A program made the translations under genes and the position numbers. A stretch of 63,796 bases of DNA, the filler included, from Octopus bimaculoides (Eukaryota): assembly GCF_001194135.2 (NCBI RefSeq). It is 7 parts of 6 records of this genome, joined end to end, with 100 filler letters (N's around TTAATTAATTAA, not from the genome) between each part and the next. Parts side by side here need not be neighbours in the genome. Positions count along the whole stretch, not along the records: positions 24,577 to 51,704 come from NC_069009.1; 6 more parts are not named here. One strand, given 5' to 3'. Below, piece after piece: positions 24,613 to 37,995 of this stretch (its first letter is position 1; the number at the start of each line of letters is the position of its first letter). The notes below the pieces were generated by a model. The model did not search any database and was not told the DNA's origin. It saw only the letters and a program-made list of their open reading frames with translations.

Positions 24613-25510
24613 CACACACATGCATGTAGATAGAGAACAGTTGCTATATTTCATTCCATAATGCCTACCTCACATGAGAGCAGAGTAAATAATCAGATCT
24701 TACATTCCATTGGACCTCTAGTGTGAAACCAATTGGTAAGAGCCATAATGGATACCGTACACTTCAATTAATATATTATTATTATTATTATTATGGACCC
24801 TGCCATTGTTAGATGATGGATGAGGGTTCCACGGCATCTTGCTGAACAACCTTATAGGGGTTAAATGTTTGTGCTGTACATCATCTCACTCCCTCCATCA
24901 AATCATCATAACCTAGATAGGTACACAGGTGTGCCACATGTCAGATGTTGAAACGATTGCAAAGTAATGTGAAGTCAAGTGTTTTGCTCAAGAACACAAT
25001 GTACAGCCTGGTCTGGGAATCGAAACCATGATTTTACAATCTTGAGTGCAACACCCTAACCACTAGGCCATGTTTGTTTGTTTGTTTCTGTGTTTGTCCC
25101 ACCAGACTACTTTACAACTAGTATTGGTTTGTTTACATCCCCATAACTTAGACATTCAGCAAAGAGATTGACATATTAACTACCAGACTTCAAATGAAAA
25201 ATTAAGTACTGGGGTTGAGTTGTCTGACTACAACCCTTCAAAGTGGTGCCCCAGCATGGCCACAGTCCAATGACTGAAACAAGTAAAAGATAAAAAAATT
25301 AATGAGGCAAAGAAAAGACTATGATTAGATATTGTGGTGCAACTGTTGTGGTCAGTTGTGGAATTTAGAGTTTGTATGGAGTCCAAGAAGTGAGAGAGAA
25401 CGAGCTTACATGTAAGAATGTGAAGATATATTTGGATTTCTGGCAGTCAAAGATTAGCACCTTGTGTTTGTTTAGTCCAATGTCAGTCCTGATTCAACAA
25501 ACCAATGATC

Positions 25511-25740
25511 AAAGATGTTCCAGCTACAATGACCATCCCCTCTTATTTAGACATAATATATCTTGGACTACATCATCAAATGTATAATATAGTAGTTAGG
25601 TATTAGTGGTTATAGTTGTTCCATGGTCCAATTGACTGATGATGAAAGATGTTCCAGCTGTGACCATCCCCTCTTATTTAGACATAATATATCTTGGACT
25701 ACATCATCAAATGTATAATATAGAAGTTAGTATTAGTGGT
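25511..25740. repeat. ~134-bp tandem duplication downstream of the CUB-like gene stop
   Basis: aaagatgttccagc...tattagtggt at 25511 and 25645; a degenerate third copy follows; related sequence at ~46770-46830. Confidence 0.85.
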
Positions 25741-26064
25741 TTTGTTGTTGTTAAGCCCCCAAGTAATTCCTGGTTGTAGCTTTCATTCAGCCAAAGTGTA
25801 CCTAAAACTACATTATCTAATGTACTACTATACACAGTAGTTAGTATTAGCGGCTACAGTTGTTAGTGTTTAGCCCTAGGTCAAAAACATTCCTGCTGTG
25901 ACCATCCTGTTTCTTTTGGAATATATCTTAAACCAGACCTCATTATCCAATGTGTCCTTAATTTGAGGGCTGTTTGGATGTCATATCTAGCAGCTCAAGT
26001 GCCTATGTTGAAGGCTCTATTGTTGGTCAACCATTGCTGTGGTTAGCTGTTGTTGCTGTTTTGG

Positions 26065-27731
26065 TCAAGCATAACTGATTTTGTCTTTGATGTACTGGCT
26101 CTGGTTGGGTGCTTCGTGTATGACGGGGGCTGCTGTGCCAACACCATTCTGGGTGTAGAAAGATATCTCCTCTGGACGAGGCAAGAGTCCGATGCCTCCT
26201 TGGAAACTGCCAGATGGGGACAGGAATGAGGGCTCTGATGGGTCAGCATGCATTTGCGCAAGCAGTGGGAAAGGGTTGTCTGGCAGCTGGTCATAGGTGC
26301 TGCGTGTCGTAATTCTATTGATTGTTTTTCTTGTTATGCTTGGGTTGTCGCTGGGGCCAGGGTCTGTTGGGTCTGGAACCTTCTCAGCCCACATCACCTG
26401 AGATGTTTGGCAACCAGTTGTTGGGTCAAATCCTGACCGTACCATTGCTGACCGTTGGCCTGGTTCAATTGCTGATATTCCATCGATAGCATGGGGGTCA
26501 GGGACTGACATTGGAAATCTCCTGGGTGGTGATCCAGATCTATTTGGCAAACTCTTTCGAGATCTTGGTTTCGGTTTTACTACTTCGCCCCTCTGGCCAC
26601 GGCCACCCTTTGGGGAAGAAGATGCGGCAGGTGCATAAGGATCAGCTGGAGTAGAAGTGTATTCTGGGGGCAGCCTATTTCCACCCATGCCATTCACTGT
26701 CCGAAATGCACTAGGTGGTGTATTGGTGTGTTGAGATGAGTCTTCATTCCTCTGTGAGGGTTGTGAAGTCTGCATGAAAAATGCTGTTGTATTGATTGGT
26801 CCAGATTTGGTTGGTGTCGATTCCATGTACCATGCTGCTTTTCCACTGACCGAGTCTTCACGGTGTGGGTCCGAATGCGAATGGTATCCATACGCAAATG
26901 ATTTATTTGGATCAGGATTGACAGTTCGAGACATTATCTCACTGAACGCTGTTGGGAATCCACTGTAATAGGGATCACTCTGGTCCTGATGCGATGAATT
27001 CTGGACAAGGTCTGGAATACCAAAATGCGGATGGACAGGGCGAGAATGAACATCATCATCATCATCATCGGCTTGAAACTGTGAATGTGAATCTCGTCTT
27101 CCAGATGGTTTTGTTTGTGATTTCTCTGTTGCTGCCAGCATGGGGTCCTGCATGGACTTTTTAATGTAGGCATTGTTAACAACAGGGTTGGTCATCTGTC
27201 GTGGCTCCTCATCTTCTGTTTCAAAGTCAAAGGAATTGCCGACGCTGTTTGAGTTACTATTTTCAGCAAGTGTGTGGAAGTGCTTGACTTCCAAATCATT
27301 TTCATCTTCTTCATCTTCCCCATACCGTCTACCATCCTGTCTCTCTCTACTTCTTCCTCTATTAGAACCATTCTTTGACTGATGTTTCTCCCTTTCTTGT
27401 TTTTGTTCCTGCCGTTTTTGGATCTCTTCCTGAAGTTCTTCTTCAGTTATACTAACTCGATTGGTGTTGTTACCCTGTGATGGAACCTCATCCTCTGAGA
27501 TCTTGTTTTCGCTTTGGTTGTGATGTTTTGCAGTGGAATTGCGATCCCTTGACTGAGCTGATGGTGCCTTATGTTGTATTTGTGCATAGGCCACATTATC
27601 TGTCTGTGGACCATTTGTTGTGGGGCTTTGATTATGACTGGACCTGTGTTTGGAATTTTTGTTCATCTGTGACAAGGGGTCATCATCTTGTTGTTGGACC
27701 CCAGTTCTCTTTGCTGGTTCTATGGAACTTT
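26065..27731 (-). CDS. Coding exon 5 (terminal): long low-complexity cytoplasmic tail ending KDKISYA*
   Basis: cttttcttgtcttttaacag| acceptor, phase 1, in frame with the 536-aa ORF 26065..27675. Joined CDS is 2985 nt = 994 aa + stop. Confidence 0.9.
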
Positions 27732-28403
27732 CTGTTAAAAGACAAGAAAAGAAAAGAAAAACATATAAATAGAAAAGATGAATAGGAGTGAAAAAGTAAG
27801 GGACCAGTAATTAGAGGGGTCAATGACATCAGCAAACATTATCCCCTCAAAATTGCTGGATATAAAGAAAAAAATAATAGAAAAACCATAAATAATGCTG
27901 TGTAACACAATTTCTGTCCTTGGGGGAGCAACTGTTATTTCCTATTTGCTGACCCCTACAAAGTATGAAGCTTTTGTTACATTTATTTAAACCCCAAAGA
28001 ATCCCTATCAACACATGGCTATAATGCTCCCCCAACACTGTACTTGCTCAGAGATGCACATACTGTCAGTCAGAAAGGGACACGCTCAAGTGATTATAGT
28101 CAAGCAAGTGACAAGCAAGCAAATCTGTGGTGTTGAATAGAATATTTGCTATAATGGGATTTGTGCTTCAGCAACTCACAGAATCCGTCTGAAATGTATA
28201 GAAAATTAGGTCAGTTTCAAAACATTGATGTCTAAGTAACAAGAGCAAATCAGTGATTTCCTTTGGTTTCTGAAGAGAAGCAAAGCGGAAATAAAACTTA
28301 CTGACCAACAAGAGAAATAAAAAGATTTTAGTGCTGTGGTAGGTTGAGGAATTCGGAATTTGTCTTCAATTTGGTAGATGCAAAAGAGAGGGAGTGAGAA
28401 AGG

Positions 28404-28436
<33 letters not shown>

Positions 28437-28679
28437 GGAGTGAGAAAGGGAGGAAGACAGGGAGGGAGAGAGAGAGGGAGAAATATAGCTCTTAATGATT
28501 ATCATTCCCCCAATAGGCTTGATAATTGTTAAGTAATATACCTCAATAACATGAAACCAATGATAGCCTAGTTAACACACAAATAAATAATATTTATCCA
28601 CTGATGTGGTGTTGAGCACTTATTCTTCCTGTTTGATATTAACACACAGACATATATATATATATATATATACATACAT

Positions 28680-28746
<67 letters not shown>

Positions 28747-29676
28747 CGTATATATATCCAAACAAACATATATATATTCTTTTATTCCTTTATATGTTTC
28801 AGTCATTTGACTCTAGCCATGCTGGAGCACCGCCTTTAATCAAACAAATCAACCCCAGGACTTATTCTTTGTAAGCTTAGTACTTATTCTATCGGTCTTT
28901 TTTGCTGAACTGCTGAGTTAAGGGAACGTAAACACACCAACATCGGTAGTTAAGCGATGGAGGGGAGGACAACAGACACACAAACATATACATATATATA
29001 TATATATATANNNNNNNNNNNNNNNNNNNNNNNNNNNNNNNNNNNNNNNNNNNNNNNNNNNNNNNNNNNNNNNNNNNNNNNNNNNNNNNNNNNNNNNNNN
29101 NNNNNNNNNNNNNNNNNNNNNNNNNNNNNNNNNNNNNNNNNNNNNNNNNNNNNNNNNNNNNNNNNNNNNNNNNNNNNNNNNNNNNNNNNNNNNNNNNNNN
29201 NNNNNNNNNNNNNNNNNNNNNNNNNNNNNNNNNNNNNNNNNNNNNNNNNNNNNNNNNNNNNNNNNNNNNNNNNNNNNNNNNNNNNNNNNNNNNNNNNNNN
29301 NNNNNNNNNNNNNNNNNNNNNNNNNNNNNNNNNNNNNNNNNNNNNNNNNNNNNNNNNNNNNNNNNNNNNNNNNNNNNNNNNNNNNNNNNNNNNNNNNNNN
29401 NNNNNNNNNNNNNNNNNNNNNNNNNNNNNNNNNNNNNNNNNNNNNNNNNNNNNNNNNNNNNNNNNNNNNNNNNNNNNNNNNNNNNNNNNNNNNNNNNNNN
29501 NNNNNNNNNNNNNNNNNNNNNNNNNNNNNNNNNNNNNNNNNNNNNNNNNNNNNNNNNNNNNNNNNNNNNNNNNNNNNNNNNNNNNNNNNNNNNNNNNNNN
29601 NNNNNNNNNNNNNNNNNNNNNNNNNNNNNNNNNNNNNNNNNNNNNNNNNNNNNNNNNNNNNNNNNNNNNNNNNNNN

Positions 29677-29721
<45 letters not shown>

Positions 29722-30142
29722 CACACACACACTTATATATAAATATGTTATATATTTGGGGATGGTCATATTTTTGCCAATTAGCTACACACACTATATA
29801 CTTGTTTGTCACTTCCACCCTATCATAATTCTCATTTTAGTGCCCTTTGCCCGAAATCTTTTGTTCTGTGACCCTCCATTCCATGTGTCTCTACCTTTCT
29901 GTAAGGTTGGAGTGTTGCTGAAGAGGTTACTGTCTGAGGATTATGAAAGATTTCAGACAAAGGACAGTAAAATATGAATAATAATAAAACTAAAGTGAAG
30001 ACCAAGTATATAAGGCATGTGGTTTATTGGTGAAAGTATGACCATCCCCAAACATAACAACATATATATATATATGAATATATATATATGCAGGCATGTA
30101 TATAAATGAATGTAACAAGAAGAAAAATGTGACTCAACTTAC

Positions 30143-31009
30143 TGTTGTTCTCAGTGGAAGGAGTGTAGCGGTAGGAAGGAGTTCGTCGCTTTGGTGACTG
30201 GTCTCTACCGGAACCCCGTGGGGACCGCGACTTCTGTGAGTGTTGGGCTTTGCTCTCTGGGTCATTGACAAACAAGTCAGGCAGCTGTTGTATCTCATTG
30301 TATGATGTCATGCTTCGTCCGCTGTGCCGGTCAGTGTCAGGGCGTGACCTAGACCCTGACCCTCTGTGTGAACCATGAGGGCTTTGTTGTTGTTGTGAGA
30401 GACCTCCACTAAAGTTTTGTTCAAAGTGACTTGGCTTTGTGTCAAAGGTCACGGTGTTCAGCCGTCCAGAACGTCTATGGCTCACTGGTTCCAGGTACTC
30501 AGCATATGGTTCCTGTTCCCCTGAGCTTTGATGTTTATTGTATTGCTTGCCAGTAGTATGAGGCGGGTTTAAAGCTGGCCTGTCAGCAATATTCATACTG
30601 CTACCTCTACTAATACTCCAGCCCAAGCTACCACTGCCTTCTCCATCTGACCTCCCCTTGCCCTGAGACGTTGCCAACATGGAATTCAACACAAGGGTAT
30701 TGAATGCACGGTTCACTTGCCCTCCCCCATCACTTCTGATTTGTGCATTTGTCTTTTCCTGTCCCAAAACTGACTCTGACCCAGCAGTTACCACGCTTAC
30801 CGTCGATCCATTGGTATTTAGTGGTACTTTAGTCAGGTTCTTGGAGCTGTGATGTTGGCGCCGCTTGCCTGTTAGTATTCCTGTATTATACATGTAGCAG
30901 AGTGCAAAGGCAAAGGCTATGAGTAGAAGCACAGCAATAATAATGCCAATGATGGCACCAGGAGCCAACCGTGACCCTCCAAACACGGCTTCAGGTTCAT
31001 CAGGATCTC
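30143..31009 (-). CDS. Coding exon 4: juxtamembrane, TM helix, first part of the cytoplasmic tail
   Basis: ttctattgacag| acceptor, |gtaagt donor, phase 1-1, 867 nt. TM LAPGAIIGIIIAVLLLIAFAFALCYMY followed by basic GKRRQHH. Confidence 0.9.
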
Positions 31010-31099
31010 CTGTCAATAGAAACATTTATTAATTAAAAATAGCTAATTAATTAAAATTAAATAAACATATTTAATAATAACCACACAAACATTCTAAAT

Positions 31100-31410
31100 C
31101 AGTGGTTCTCATCTGGGGTCCATGCTAGCAAAATAGGAAATTGGAGATCTACAGTAGTATTTTAAAGACTTCTTTACAAAGCTTTGCTTCAGAGAGATTT
31201 ATTGCAAGAAACAGCTAGGTTTCTTGCTCTGATGTTTTACATAGTTCAACCAACACAAGTTAATGTGTGAAAAACAAAATAGGAATTTTGAAAGAAGTTT
31301 CTATGAAACTAGTTTGTAAACATTAAATGGCTATAGAGTAGGGGGAGGGGACACCAGAATAAAATAGTAAACAAAGGGGTCCATAGGTAAAAAAGGGTTG
31401 AGAACCATTG
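31100..31410. mobile_element. hAT/Charlie-type MITE
   Basis: Ends CAGTGGTTCTCA... / ...GGTTGAGAACCATTG; no coding capacity; TSD not conserved. Confidence 0.65.
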
Positions 31411-31430
31411 CTCATAAATAATAGCATGTA

Positions 31431-32685
31431 TTAGGCTGTTCTGAAAATAATGCCTGCTCTAAGTGTTGTATTTTGAAACACAATTTTATCATAGTATTTT
31501 AATTATATTTTAAATGAATTTCGACATACTTAATAATTGATGTATGCTTTTCAATAATTTTCTACTTATTTCAGACAGAAAACATTCTTGAAGCATAGGC
31601 ATTACTTTTCTTGCATGAGTTCAAGCTTGGGCACAATACCCCACAAACAGCTGCCAATCTCCACAGAGCATGGGGAGAGGGGTCCACAAGTGATTGCACA
31701 GTACGAAGGTGGTTTCAGAAATTCCATAGTGGTGATGAGAGCCTTTAAGATGAAGAAGGCAGAGGACAGTCATGCAGTCTTGACAATGAACAATTGAAAG
31801 CAATTGTTCGAAGAAAAAAAAGACTGATGTCAAAGTGTCAGAGAAATGTCTCAGGCACTTGGTGTCAGTATTGCAACTGTCTCACACAATCTGCAGAAGA
31901 TTGGCAAGGTGAAAAAGCTTGATAAATGGGAACTGCATAAGCTCAGTGAAAATCAAAAAGTTTGGCATTTTGAAGTGTGCTCGATGCTCTTTCTGCAAAA
32001 CACCAATGCTCCTTTTCTTGACCAAATAGTCACTTGTGATCGAAAGTAGGTCCTTTATGATAACTGTAGACAATCAGGTCAATGGCTTGATCATGATGAG
32101 TCTCCTGAAAATTTACCAAAGCCAAAGTTGCATCAGCAAATGATTATGGCGATTGTCTGGTGGTCTGCAATTGGTGTTGTCCATTACAACTTTCTGGAAG
32201 CCAATCAGAGCATTACAGCAGAAGTTTACTGCAATCAGTTCACTGAAATGCATGCTCACTTGCAAACAATGAGGCCTGCATTGGTGAATCGGTGTGGCCC
32301 AATTTTGCTCCATGATAATGCAAAGCCACATGTTGCAAGAATGACGCTGCTGAAACTCACAGACTTGAGATATGAGACTTTACCACATCCTCCATATTCC
32401 CCTGATCTTTCACACACTGACTACCATTTTTTTAAGCATTCAAACATGTTTTTAAGGGATAAAACTTTTAGGTCCAAACCATAGATGGAATCAGCTTTCA
32501 AAGATTTCTTAGCCTCAAAGCCAATAAGTTGTTATTAACGAGGCATAAATAATCTTACTGATCAATGGCAGAGATGCATAGATGTTCACGGTTCATACTT
32601 TCACTAATCAATACGCTTCTATTGCTAATTTTTCCAGAATAAAATTATGTTTCTGAAATTGGCCATTATTTTCAGAACAACCTGA
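31431..32685 (+). mobile_element. Full-length decayed mariner (Hsmar1-like), 1255 bp, intronic
   Basis: TA|TTAGGCTGTTCTGAAAATAATG ... CATTATTTTCAGAACAACCTGA|TA. Transposase remnants WWSAIGVVHY, LLHDNAKPH, HPPYSPDLSHTDYHFFKH; multiple stops. Confidence 0.92.
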
Positions 32686-33489
32686 TATATATTGGCTTGA
32701 AAACCCCTTTTGGATTGAAAAGTCAAAGGTTGCTTGTGGGACATGTACTGCACTCCCATGTAGATATGACAACAGCCTTCAACCTTTTCTATCCCAAAAG
32801 GGTCTTTCAACCCAATATAACATGTTATAAAGTAAAGTAGTAGACTGGCAGAATTGTTAGCATGCAGGGAAAAATGCTTTGCAGTATTTTGTCTGTCTTC
32901 ATATTCCTAGTTCAAAATCTGGTGAGGTTGACTTTGCCTTGGGGTTGATAAAATATGTACCAGTTGAGCATTGGGGCTGATGTAATTGACTTAGCCTCTC
33001 CCTTGAAATTGCTGGCCTTGTGCCAACATTTTAAACCAATATTTCCATGCTATTATTTACAGATTTATATGTACTTTGACAGCCAATTCCAAAAAAGGAA
33101 TTATTCTATGTTTTTTCAAAAGTTTATAAATTTTAATGAAATACGGCATCAACAATTAGTATTTAGCATGTAGGTGCAAGCATGACTGTGAAGTAAGAAT
33201 CTTGTTTCTCAACTACATGGTTCCAGGTTCAGTCCCATTGCATTGCAGCTTGGGCAAGGGTCTATAGCCTTCAGACTGAGCAAACCCTCATAATGACGGG
33301 TTGATTCATTTGACTAAATATTCTTCAAGGTGGGACCCCAGCATAATGACTGAACCAACTAAAATGTAAAAGATATGTATATGTGCGTGTGTGTATATAT
33401 ATCAAGTATATAGAGTATATATTTATAATATACAGTGTGTAAAGAATCCAGTCATTTGAGCACAAGTTCTTCAGAAAGCTGCTATGCAT

Positions 33490-33895
33490 TGCACACACAC
33501 ACAGTACAAAATCATCAGCTTTGTCAGGCAGCAAGTCACCGAATGCGTTGGCAGACAGGAACCATTCCTTGTGCAGGTAAAAGTACAAAAGCCTGCCTGA
33601 TTTTGGTCATGTAGCCTGCCACGACTCCCTGTCCAAGACTATTTTTTAGGGCACAGTTGAGGGAGGGAGGAAGAGAAGCAGGCAGAGAAAATCCTAGTTT
33701 GACAACATTAAGGACTGGACAGGTGACAGCAAAGCGAATCTGCTTGACATGAAAGAGAACAGAGAGCAGAAGTGATGGTTGGTTTGAAAGAATCTCGAGT
33801 GGTGCAGTCCAATGATTGACTGCAGCCAATCACTGGGCTGCATCACTCGAGATACTTTCAGTTAATGGGTCTTGAAGATGATGATGATGATGATA
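33490..33895 (+). mobile_element. RTE/BovB-type LINE 3' end with stem-loop and (GAT)n tail
   Basis: Decayed FGHVA.HDSLSKTIF.GTVEGGR..GRQRKS.FDNIKDWTG motif followed by a hairpin and (gat)n. Confidence 0.7.
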
Positions 33896-34397
33896 TCCAC
33901 AGTATACAGAGTGTATTTAGTATATACAGTGTATTTTTTTAATCTTTCACATGTTTCATTTATTTAACTGTGGCCATGCTGGGGCAGCACCTTGAATTTC
34001 CAACTGAATGAATCAACCGCAGTACTTATTTATTTTTTTTGAAAGCCTGGTACTTATTCTATCAGTTTTTTTTGCTGAACTGTTAAGTTATGAACTGTTA
34101 AGCAGTGGTGGGGAACAAACACAGACAGACACATACACACACATATGTATATACACGATGGGCTTCTTTCAGTTTCCATCTACCAAATCCACTCACAAGG
34201 CTTTTGTTGGCTTGAACCTATAGTAGAAGATACCTGCTTAAGGTGTCATGCAGTGGGACTCAACTCAGAGCCATGTGATTGGGAAACAAACATCTTACCA
34301 CAGAGCCACACATGCATGTATGTATGTATAAATAAATATGATGATTACTTCATCTTGACAGATGATAGCCATCCCATCACACAGCACAATCACTCTG

Positions 34398-34600
34398 TTA
34401 ATGAGTCCTTAAATGACTTTTAAGACCAGCTGCTGAGTGACAGAGTTTAAAACACAAATGACAGATATTGTTCAAGTTTCTTATATATCTTTGCCCTTTG
34501 GAATTTGATTTTGAAGGAATTCTTTTGTGAACCAGCAGATGTCTTTTAAGTCCACATATTGTCTTACAAGTTTTATGACATTGACACAAATCATAAGAGG
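34398..34600 (-). mobile_element. LINE ORF2 C-terminal tandem C2H2-like zinc-finger remnant
   Basis: CHKTCKTICGLKRHLLVH and CHLCFKLCHSAAGLKSHLRTH; no splice context; same motif type as 44735-45157. Confidence 0.55.
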
Positions 34601-34759
34601 CAGTTGGTGTCCAAGATCATTACTTATTTGGGCATTACATTTTCATGTCACTTCATATGATTCTTGTATCCTGCTTTTGACAACAGAACACAATCACACT
34701 TAATACATATCCAATGTTCACTGTTGATTACAGTTCTAATTGTTCCTTTGTGACAGGCC

Positions 34760-36395
34760 TTTTTAAACTCATAACCAAAGATAAACCTCTGTATTTAGCC
34801 TTTGTTGACTTGGAGAAAGCCTTTCACAGGGTTCCCCCGATCCCTTATCTGGTTGTAGTTAGTAGGAGCTGTACAAGCTATGTACAGGGATGCTACCAGT
34901 AAGGTGAGGGTTGGCAATGAGTACAGCAAAGAATTCCGGGTACAAGTAGGTGTTCACCAAGGATTGGTGCCCAGCCCCTCTTGTTCATTATAGCCCTCCA
35001 GGCAATAACAGAGGAATTTAAGACAGGCTGCCCCTGGGAGCTCCTCTATGCTGATGACCTTGCTCTTATAGCTGAATCACTATCAGAACAAATTCCAGGT
35101 ATGGAAGCAAGGTCTAGAATTGAAGGGCTTTTGAGTTAACCTAGTAAAAACCAAAGTCTTAGTAAGTGGGAAGGTAGACAAATCACAAATCCCTTCAGGT
35201 AGATAGCCCTGCTCGTTCTGTAGAAAAGGTATAGAGAGAAACTCCATAAGATGCACCCAGTGTTAGCTTTGGACACATAAAAGGTGCAGCAATATCAGAG
35301 GAAAGTTAACAAGGAAACTAGCTTTTGTATGTGGAAGATGTACAGATACAGTAAACACTGAAAATGTGCAGAAGATAGACCCCATCAACTAACAGGGGAA
35401 CAAGCTAGAAGTAGTAGATAGTTTCCATTATCTAGGTAACCAAGTTAGTAGTGGAGGTGGATGCTCTGAAAGCATAGCTGTGAGAATAAGATTAGGCTGG
35501 GCAAAGTTCAGAGAGTGCCTACCTCTGCTGGCAACAAAGGGCCTCTCTCTCTCAGAGTGAAAGGCAGATTGTAAGATGCCTGTGTGTGAACAGCCATGCC
35601 ACACAGCAGTGAAACATGGGCTGTGACAGCCCAGGATATGCGCGGGCTTGAAAGAAATGGAGCTGGTATGCTTCACAGGATGTGCAATGTCAGTATGCAT
35701 GCTTAAAAGAGAGTAAACATCTTGAGAGAAAAACTAGGCACAAGAGGAGTCAGATGTGGTGTGCAAGAGAAACGACTGTGCTGATATGGTCATGTGATGT
35801 GTATGGATGAGGACAGCTGATCTGTAACTGTGGAGGGAACCCATGCTAGAGGTAGACCCAGGAAGACATGGGACAAAGTGGTGAAGCATGATCTTTGATA
35901 TGCTGTGCTTGGGAAGACCGGTCAAGCCAAGTGAAATCATAGTCATGGCTGATGTTGGTGTCACGTAACTGGCACCCATACCGGTGGCATGTAAAGAGCA
36001 CCTTTCAAGCATTGGCCCTCACAGAGTCAAAGTGGCTGAGTTCCTTTTGAGCATTGGCCCTCACAGAGTCAAAGTGGCTGAGTTCCTTTTGAGTGTTGGA
36101 CCTCACAGAGGCAATGACTGAGACCTTTGGCATTATGTTGTGCTTGAAAAGACCCTTGAAATAGCAAAATTGCAATCCTGACAGATACTGGTGTCACACA
36201 AATGGCACCCATACTGGTGGCATGTAAAAGTACCCACTACACTCTCAGAATGGTTGGCATTAGGAAGGGCATCCAGCTGTAGAAAACCATGCCAAAAAAG
36301 ACTGGAGTCTAGTGCAACCTTCCAGCTTATCAGCCCTGGTCAAACCATTCAACCCATGGCAACATGGATAATGGACGTTAAATGATGATAATGAT
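34760..36395 (+). mobile_element. Decayed RTE-clade LINE (RT domain to 3' UTR)
   Basis: KPLYLAFVDLEKAFHRVP, GVHQG..SPL, WELLYADDL. The 3' UTR matches the dispersed repeats at 23195-23517 and 39540-39880 and ends in a (GAT)-like tail. Confidence 0.88.
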
Positions 36396-36429
36396 GAAGA
36401 AGGTGAAAACATTTTTGTTCAGCCTGAGG

Positions 36430-37010
36430 GATAAAAGGCCTGTTGAGGAATCTGCAATAGCTGTGCATGAAGCAGACGTCACTCATGCTGAGAACCAGGA
36501 GTCTCAGATCTCGTGGCCCCACCTGGAGGACTACTTTTTTCTTATGACAAGGAATAAGAGGAATGCCAAAATCCTGTACTTCCAGCCCAAAGAGACCACC
36601 ATCAAGGGTCAAGCAGTAAGCCTCTACATCTTGAAGTCGCATGTCAGGAGGAAACACCCAGCGCATGCCATCTAGTTTGAGGACAGGATCAAAGCTGGCT
36701 CATGGGAAACACAGGCAATCCTCAGGTAGCAGTGCCAGTGGCCAGTCACCACAATCATGAATAAAGAAAGCACACCAGCTCAGCACTGGCGACGTGTTTA
36801 CCCAAACTGGCATTGGTGTCCATCAGTCTATGGTGGACAGAAGGATTGTAGACCTGTTTGTTGACAACATTCTAGCACTGCTTGTAGTGAAGTCCCCCAC
36901 CCTTGTCAGCCTGATCTAGATGCTGAACCCCAGCAAGACATCGATGTCCCCCTGCACCCTGAGCAGGATGATCTTGGCCAGCTGGAGCAGTATCTCACAA
37001 GGTATTTTAT
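36430..37010 (+). mobile_element. hAT transposase N-terminal fragment (BED-finger region)
   Basis: WPHLEDYFFL...SLYILKSHVRRKHP, then IVDLFVDNILAL.VV.SP; internal deletions and stops. Confidence 0.6.
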
Positions 37011-37862
37011 AAATTAAAATTATAGAAGTTTATAAAATCATTATTATGGTGCACTTCATATTTTCTTAATTTAATTTAATTATTTATGAAATAATTATTT
37101 TCTTAATGTAATAAAATGTATAATAGCTGACTGAAATAAATGTCATAATATATAATATATGGTATATATATATTAATTTATCTTTATATATATATATATT
37201 TTCCACTCATGATTAAGTCTGCACAGCCAAAACTGCAGTCTTTAATAAAATAACAAATTAACAAACCTTAAGTTCTGAACTTATCAAATTCTGACCATCA
37301 TTTCATCCCTCATCTTGGTTATTCACCCCCCACCCTATCTACAACACGTCACCTATCAAAGTCGTGTCACTATTTTCAAAAGTGTCATAACAAGCCTTTT
37401 TAATTAGGGGGTTAGCAGTGAGTGAAGCTAACTTTTTGGTTAGCTGTGCCCACCACTGATAATAATTCTTTCTACTAAAAGCACAAGGCCTGAAATTTTT
37501 GTGGGAGTGGACAAGTCGATTACATTGACCCCAGTGTTTCACTGGTACTTAATTCACCGACCCCGAAAAGACAAAAGGCAAAGTCAATCTTGGTGGAATT
37601 TGCACTCAGAGCATAAAGATAGACGAAATGCTGCTGCTGATTCTTCCAGGCTGCAGGCTGCTGCTCTCCAATAATAACAATGATGATGATGTTGATGACA
37701 ATGGAGGAGATGACGATGAGGATGTTGATGATGATGATGATGTTGATGCTGCTGCTGATGATGATGATAATGATATTACTGATGATGATGATACTGATGA
37801 CAACGATGTTGATGATGGTGATGATGAGAAGGACATAAACAACATAATGGCCTGTTACTTAC

Positions 37863-37995
37863 GGTATCCCTTTATCTCCAAAGAAAAATCATTCTCTGTA
37901 TAGTATTGTATTTTAGGTCGATACAACGAAAGAACAGCAGAGCTAGATTTGGTGACAATCATGTCAGTTGTCTTGGAGCCGTGTCCCAGCTGCCT
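37863..37995 (-). CDS. Coding exon 3, C-terminal part of the CUB-like ectodomain
   Basis: ttctttttcttcag| acceptor, phase 0; |gtaagt donor, phase 1. RQLGHGSKTTDMIVTKSSSAVLSLYRPKIQYYTENDFSLEIKGY(R). It bridges the phases of exons 2 and 4 exactly. Confidence 0.85.

Noticed and set aside
30024-30142. Track ORF extension SKLSHIFLLVTFIYIHAC... as a second TM segment
   Set aside because: It lies beyond a strong gtaagt donor at 30142 and is intronic (AT)n read-through.
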